This document shows, piece after piece, positions 7,991 through 10,104 of a stretch of DNA of 10,104 nucleotides. The stretch is from a virus. Made by a program: the position numbers and the translations under genes. The notes under the pieces are model-generated. The model worked only from the letters and a program-made list of their open reading frames with translations. It was not told the DNA's origin and searched no databases. Position 1 is the stretch's first letter. Every line of letters starts with the position of its first letter. The stretch is taken from the UHGV virus genome UHGV-0254305; one strand, given 5' to 3'.

Positions 7991-8776
7991 ATGAGTACAG
8001 CACTCGCAACGCTGGCTGGGAAGCTGGCTGAACGAGTCGGCATGGATTCTGTCGACCCACAGGAACTGATCACCACTCTTCGCCAGACGGCATTTAAAGG
8101 TGATGCCAGCGATGCGCAGTTCATCGCATTGCTGATCGTCGCCAACCAGTACGGTCTTAATCCGTGGACGAAAGAAATTTACGCCTTCCCTGATAAGCAG
8201 AACGGCATCGTTCCGGTGGTGGGCGTTGATGGCTGGTCCCGCATCATCAACGAAAACCAGCAGTTTGACGGCATGGACTTTGAACAGGACAACGAATCCT
8301 GCACATGCCGGATTTACCGCAAAGACCGCAATCATCCGATCTGCGTTACCGAGTGGATGGATGAATGCCGCCGCGAACCATTCAAAACCCGCGAAGGCAG
8401 AGAAATCACGGGGCCGTGGCAGTCGCATCCCAAACGGATGTTACGGCATAAAGCCATGATTCAGTGTGCCCGTCTCGCCTTCGGATTTGCTGGTATCTAT
8501 GACAAGGATGAAGCCGAGCGCATTGTCGAAAATACCGCATACACTGCAGAACGTCAGCCGGAACGCGACATCACTCCGGTTAACGATGAAACCATGCAGG
8601 AGATTAACACTCTGCTGATCGCCCTGGATAAAACATGGGATGACGACTTATTGCCGCTCTGTTCCCAGATATTTCGCCGCGACATTCGCGCATCGTCAGA
8701 ACTGACACAGGCCGAAGCAGTGAAAGCTCTTGGATTCCTGAAACAGAAAGCCACTGAGCAGAAGGTGGCAGCATGA
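7991..8776 (+). CDS. bet: Bet (Red-beta single-strand annealing protein, 261 aa)
   Basis: Translation [99 protein letters not shown]... matches lambda Beta from memory. Confidence 0.97.
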   Translation: MSTALATLAGKLAERVGMDSVDPQELITTLRQTAFKGDASDAQFIALLIVANQYGLNPWTKEIYAFPDKQNGIVPVVGVDGWSRIINENQQFDGMDFEQDNESCTCRIYRKDRNHPICVTEWMDECRREPFKTREGREITGPWQSHPKRMLRHKAMIQCARLAFGFAGIYDKDEAERIVENTAYTAERQPERDITPVNDETMQEINTLLIALDKTWDDDLLPLCSQIFRRDIRASSELTQAEAVKALGFLKQKATEQKVAA

Positions 8777-9453
8777 CACCGGACATTATCCTGCAGCGTA
8801 CCGGGATCGACGTGAGAGCTGTCGAACAGGGGGATGATGCATGGCACAAATTACGGCTCGGCGTCATCACCGCTTCAGAAGTTCACAACGTGATAGCAAA
8901 GCCCCGATCAGGAAAGAAGTGGCCTGACATGAAAATGTCCTACTTCCACACCCTGCTAGCTGAGGTTTGCACCGGTGTGGCTCCGGAAGTTAACGCTAAA
9001 GCGCTGGCCTGGGGAAAACAGTACGAGAACGACGCCAGAACCCTGTTTGAGTTCACTTCCGGCGTAAATGTTATTGAATCCCCGATCATCTATCGCGACG
9101 AAAGTATGCGCACCGCCTGCTCTCCCGATGGTTTATGCAGTGACGGCAATGGCCTTGAGCTGAAATGCCCGTTTACCTCCCGGGATTTCATGAAATTCCG
9201 GCTCGGTGGTTTCGAGGCCATAAAGTCGGCTTACATGGCCCAGGTGCAGTACAGCATGTGGGTGACGCGAAAAGATGCCTGGTACTTTGCCAACTATGAC
9301 CCGCGTATGAAGCGTGAAGGACTGCATTATGTCGTGGTCGAACGGGATGAAAAATACATGGCTGGTTTTGACGAAATGGTGCCAGAGTTCATCGAAAAAA
9401 TGGACGAGGCACTGGCTGAAATTGGTTTTGTATTTGGGGAGCAATGGCGATGA
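8773..9453 (+). CDS. exo: Exo (Red-alpha 5'-3' exonuclease, 226 aa)
   Basis: Translation [92 protein letters not shown]... matches lambda exonuclease from memory. ATGA overlap with the bet stop. Confidence 0.97.
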   Translation: MTPDIILQRTGIDVRAVEQGDDAWHKLRLGVITASEVHNVIAKPRSGKKWPDMKMSYFHTLLAEVCTGVAPEVNAKALAWGKQYENDARTLFEFTSGVNVIESPIIYRDESMRTACSPDGLCSDGNGLELKCPFTSRDFMKFRLGGFEAIKSAYMAQVQYSMWVTRKDAWYFANYDPRMKREGLHYVVVERDEKYMAGFDEMVPEFIEKMDEALAEIGFVFGEQWR

Positions 9454-9632
9454 AACATCCTCACGATAATATCCGCGTAGGCACGATCACTTTCGTCTAC
9501 TCCGTTACGAAGCGAGGCTGGGTATTTCCCGGCCTTTCTGTTATCCGAAATCCCCTGAAAGCACAGCGGCTGGCTGAGGAGATAAATAATAAACGGGGAG
9601 CTGTATGCACAAAGCATCTCCCGTTGAGTTAA
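9450..9632 (+). CDS. Lambda orf60a-like hypothetical protein (60 aa)
   Basis: ATG at 9450 overlaps the exo stop as ATGA and lies 8 nt downstream of a GGGGAG ribosome-binding site. Translation [60 protein letters not shown]. The ORF-track start at 9444 is too close to the ribosome-binding site. Confidence 0.8.
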   Translation: MKHPHDNIRVGTITFVYSVTKRGWVFPGLSVIRNPLKAQRLAEEINNKRGAVCTKHLPLS

Positions 9633-9796
9633 GAACGAGTATCGAGATGGCACATAGCCTCGCTCAAATTGGAGTCAGGTTTGTGCCAATACCAGTAGAA
9701 ACAGACGAAGAATTTCATACGTTAGCCGCATCCCTTTCACAAAAGCTGGAAATGATGGTGGCGAAAGCAGAAGCAGATGAGAGAGACCAGGTATGA
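9605..9796 (+). CDS. Lambda orf63-like hypothetical protein (63 aa)
   Basis: ATG at 9605 with a GGGGAG ribosome-binding site at 9594-9599. Translation [63 protein letters not shown]. Confidence 0.8.
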   Translation: MHKASPVELRTSIEMAHSLAQIGVRFVPIPVETDEEFHTLAASLSQKLEMMVAKAEADERDQV

Positions 9797-9806
9797 CAAC
9801 CACGGA

Positions 9807-9992
9807 ATGCATTTTTCTGGCAGCGGGCTTCATATTCTGTGTGCTTATGCTTGCCGACATGGGACTTGTTCAATGACACCTCAGCAGGAAAACGCCCTTC
9901 GCAGCATTGCCCGTCAGGCTAATTCTGAAATCAAAAAAGCCAGACAGCAGTTTCCGGATAAAAACGTCGATGACATTTGCCGTAGCGGGTAA
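9807..9992 (+). CDS. Lambda orf61-like hypothetical protein (61 aa); alternative organisation possible
   Basis: ATG at 9807 gives MHFSGSGLHILCAYACRHGTCSMTPQQENALRSIARQANSEIKKARQQFPDKNVDDICRSG (61 aa, matching the name of lambda orf61). The ribosome-binding site is weak, and an overlapping ATGA-coupled 27-aa ORF exists (see findings). Confidence 0.6.
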   Translation: MHFSGSGLHILCAYACRHGTCSMTPQQENALRSIARQANSEIKKARQQFPDKNVDDICRSG

Positions 9993-10104
9993 TGACTCCA
10001 ACTTATTGATAGTGTTTTATGTTCAGATAATGCCCGATGACTTTGTCATGCAGCTCCACCGATTTTGAGAACGACAGCGACTTCCGTCCCAGCCGTGCCA
10101 GGTG

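Noticed and set aside
7952-8428. 158-aa minus-strand ORF
   Set aside because: Antisense to bet, whose translation is near-identical to lambda Beta; long antisense frames are common inside GC-balanced genes.
9133-9653. Minus-strand ORFs of 103 and 108 aa
   Set aside because: Antisense to exo, orf60a and orf63, which have ribosome-binding sites and recognisable translations.

Overview
This window is the central early region of a lambdoid (lambda-like) phage or prophage, presented in reverse orientation relative to the conventional lambda map. All gene identifications below come from reading the translated ORFs and recognising them from memory; no database search was run.

Minus strand (lambda's rightward PR operon, read from high to low coordinates): 434-type cro, cII, O (containing the ori iterons), P, ren, a tR2-like terminator, ninB, a phage Dam-family N6-adenine DNA methyltransferase where lambda has ninC/ninD, and ninE.

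Plus strand (lambda's leftward PRM/PL direction): 434-type cI with its three 14-bp OR operators, a 134-aa signal-peptide protein translationally coupled to cI where lambda has rexA/rexB, 434-type OL operators, nutL, N, then orf28, ral, ea10, cIII, kil, gam, bet, exo, orf60a, orf63 and orf61. sieB lies convergent to N on the minus strand.

The element is therefore a mosaic: a lambda backbone with 434 immunity and non-lambda cargo at the cI-PL junction and in the nin region.

The most unusual points are:
- the uncharacterised secreted protein in the rex position;
- the first ~119 bp, which I recall as p15A/pACYC-type plasmid sequence, fused to a 32-aa ORF coupled to ninE;
- a chain of ATGA-coupled small ORFs around orf61, including a 27-aa hydrophobic peptide;
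- N-leader differences from canonical lambda (boxA first base, weakened N ribosome-binding site).

No tRNA, rRNA, CRISPR array or IS element was seen.
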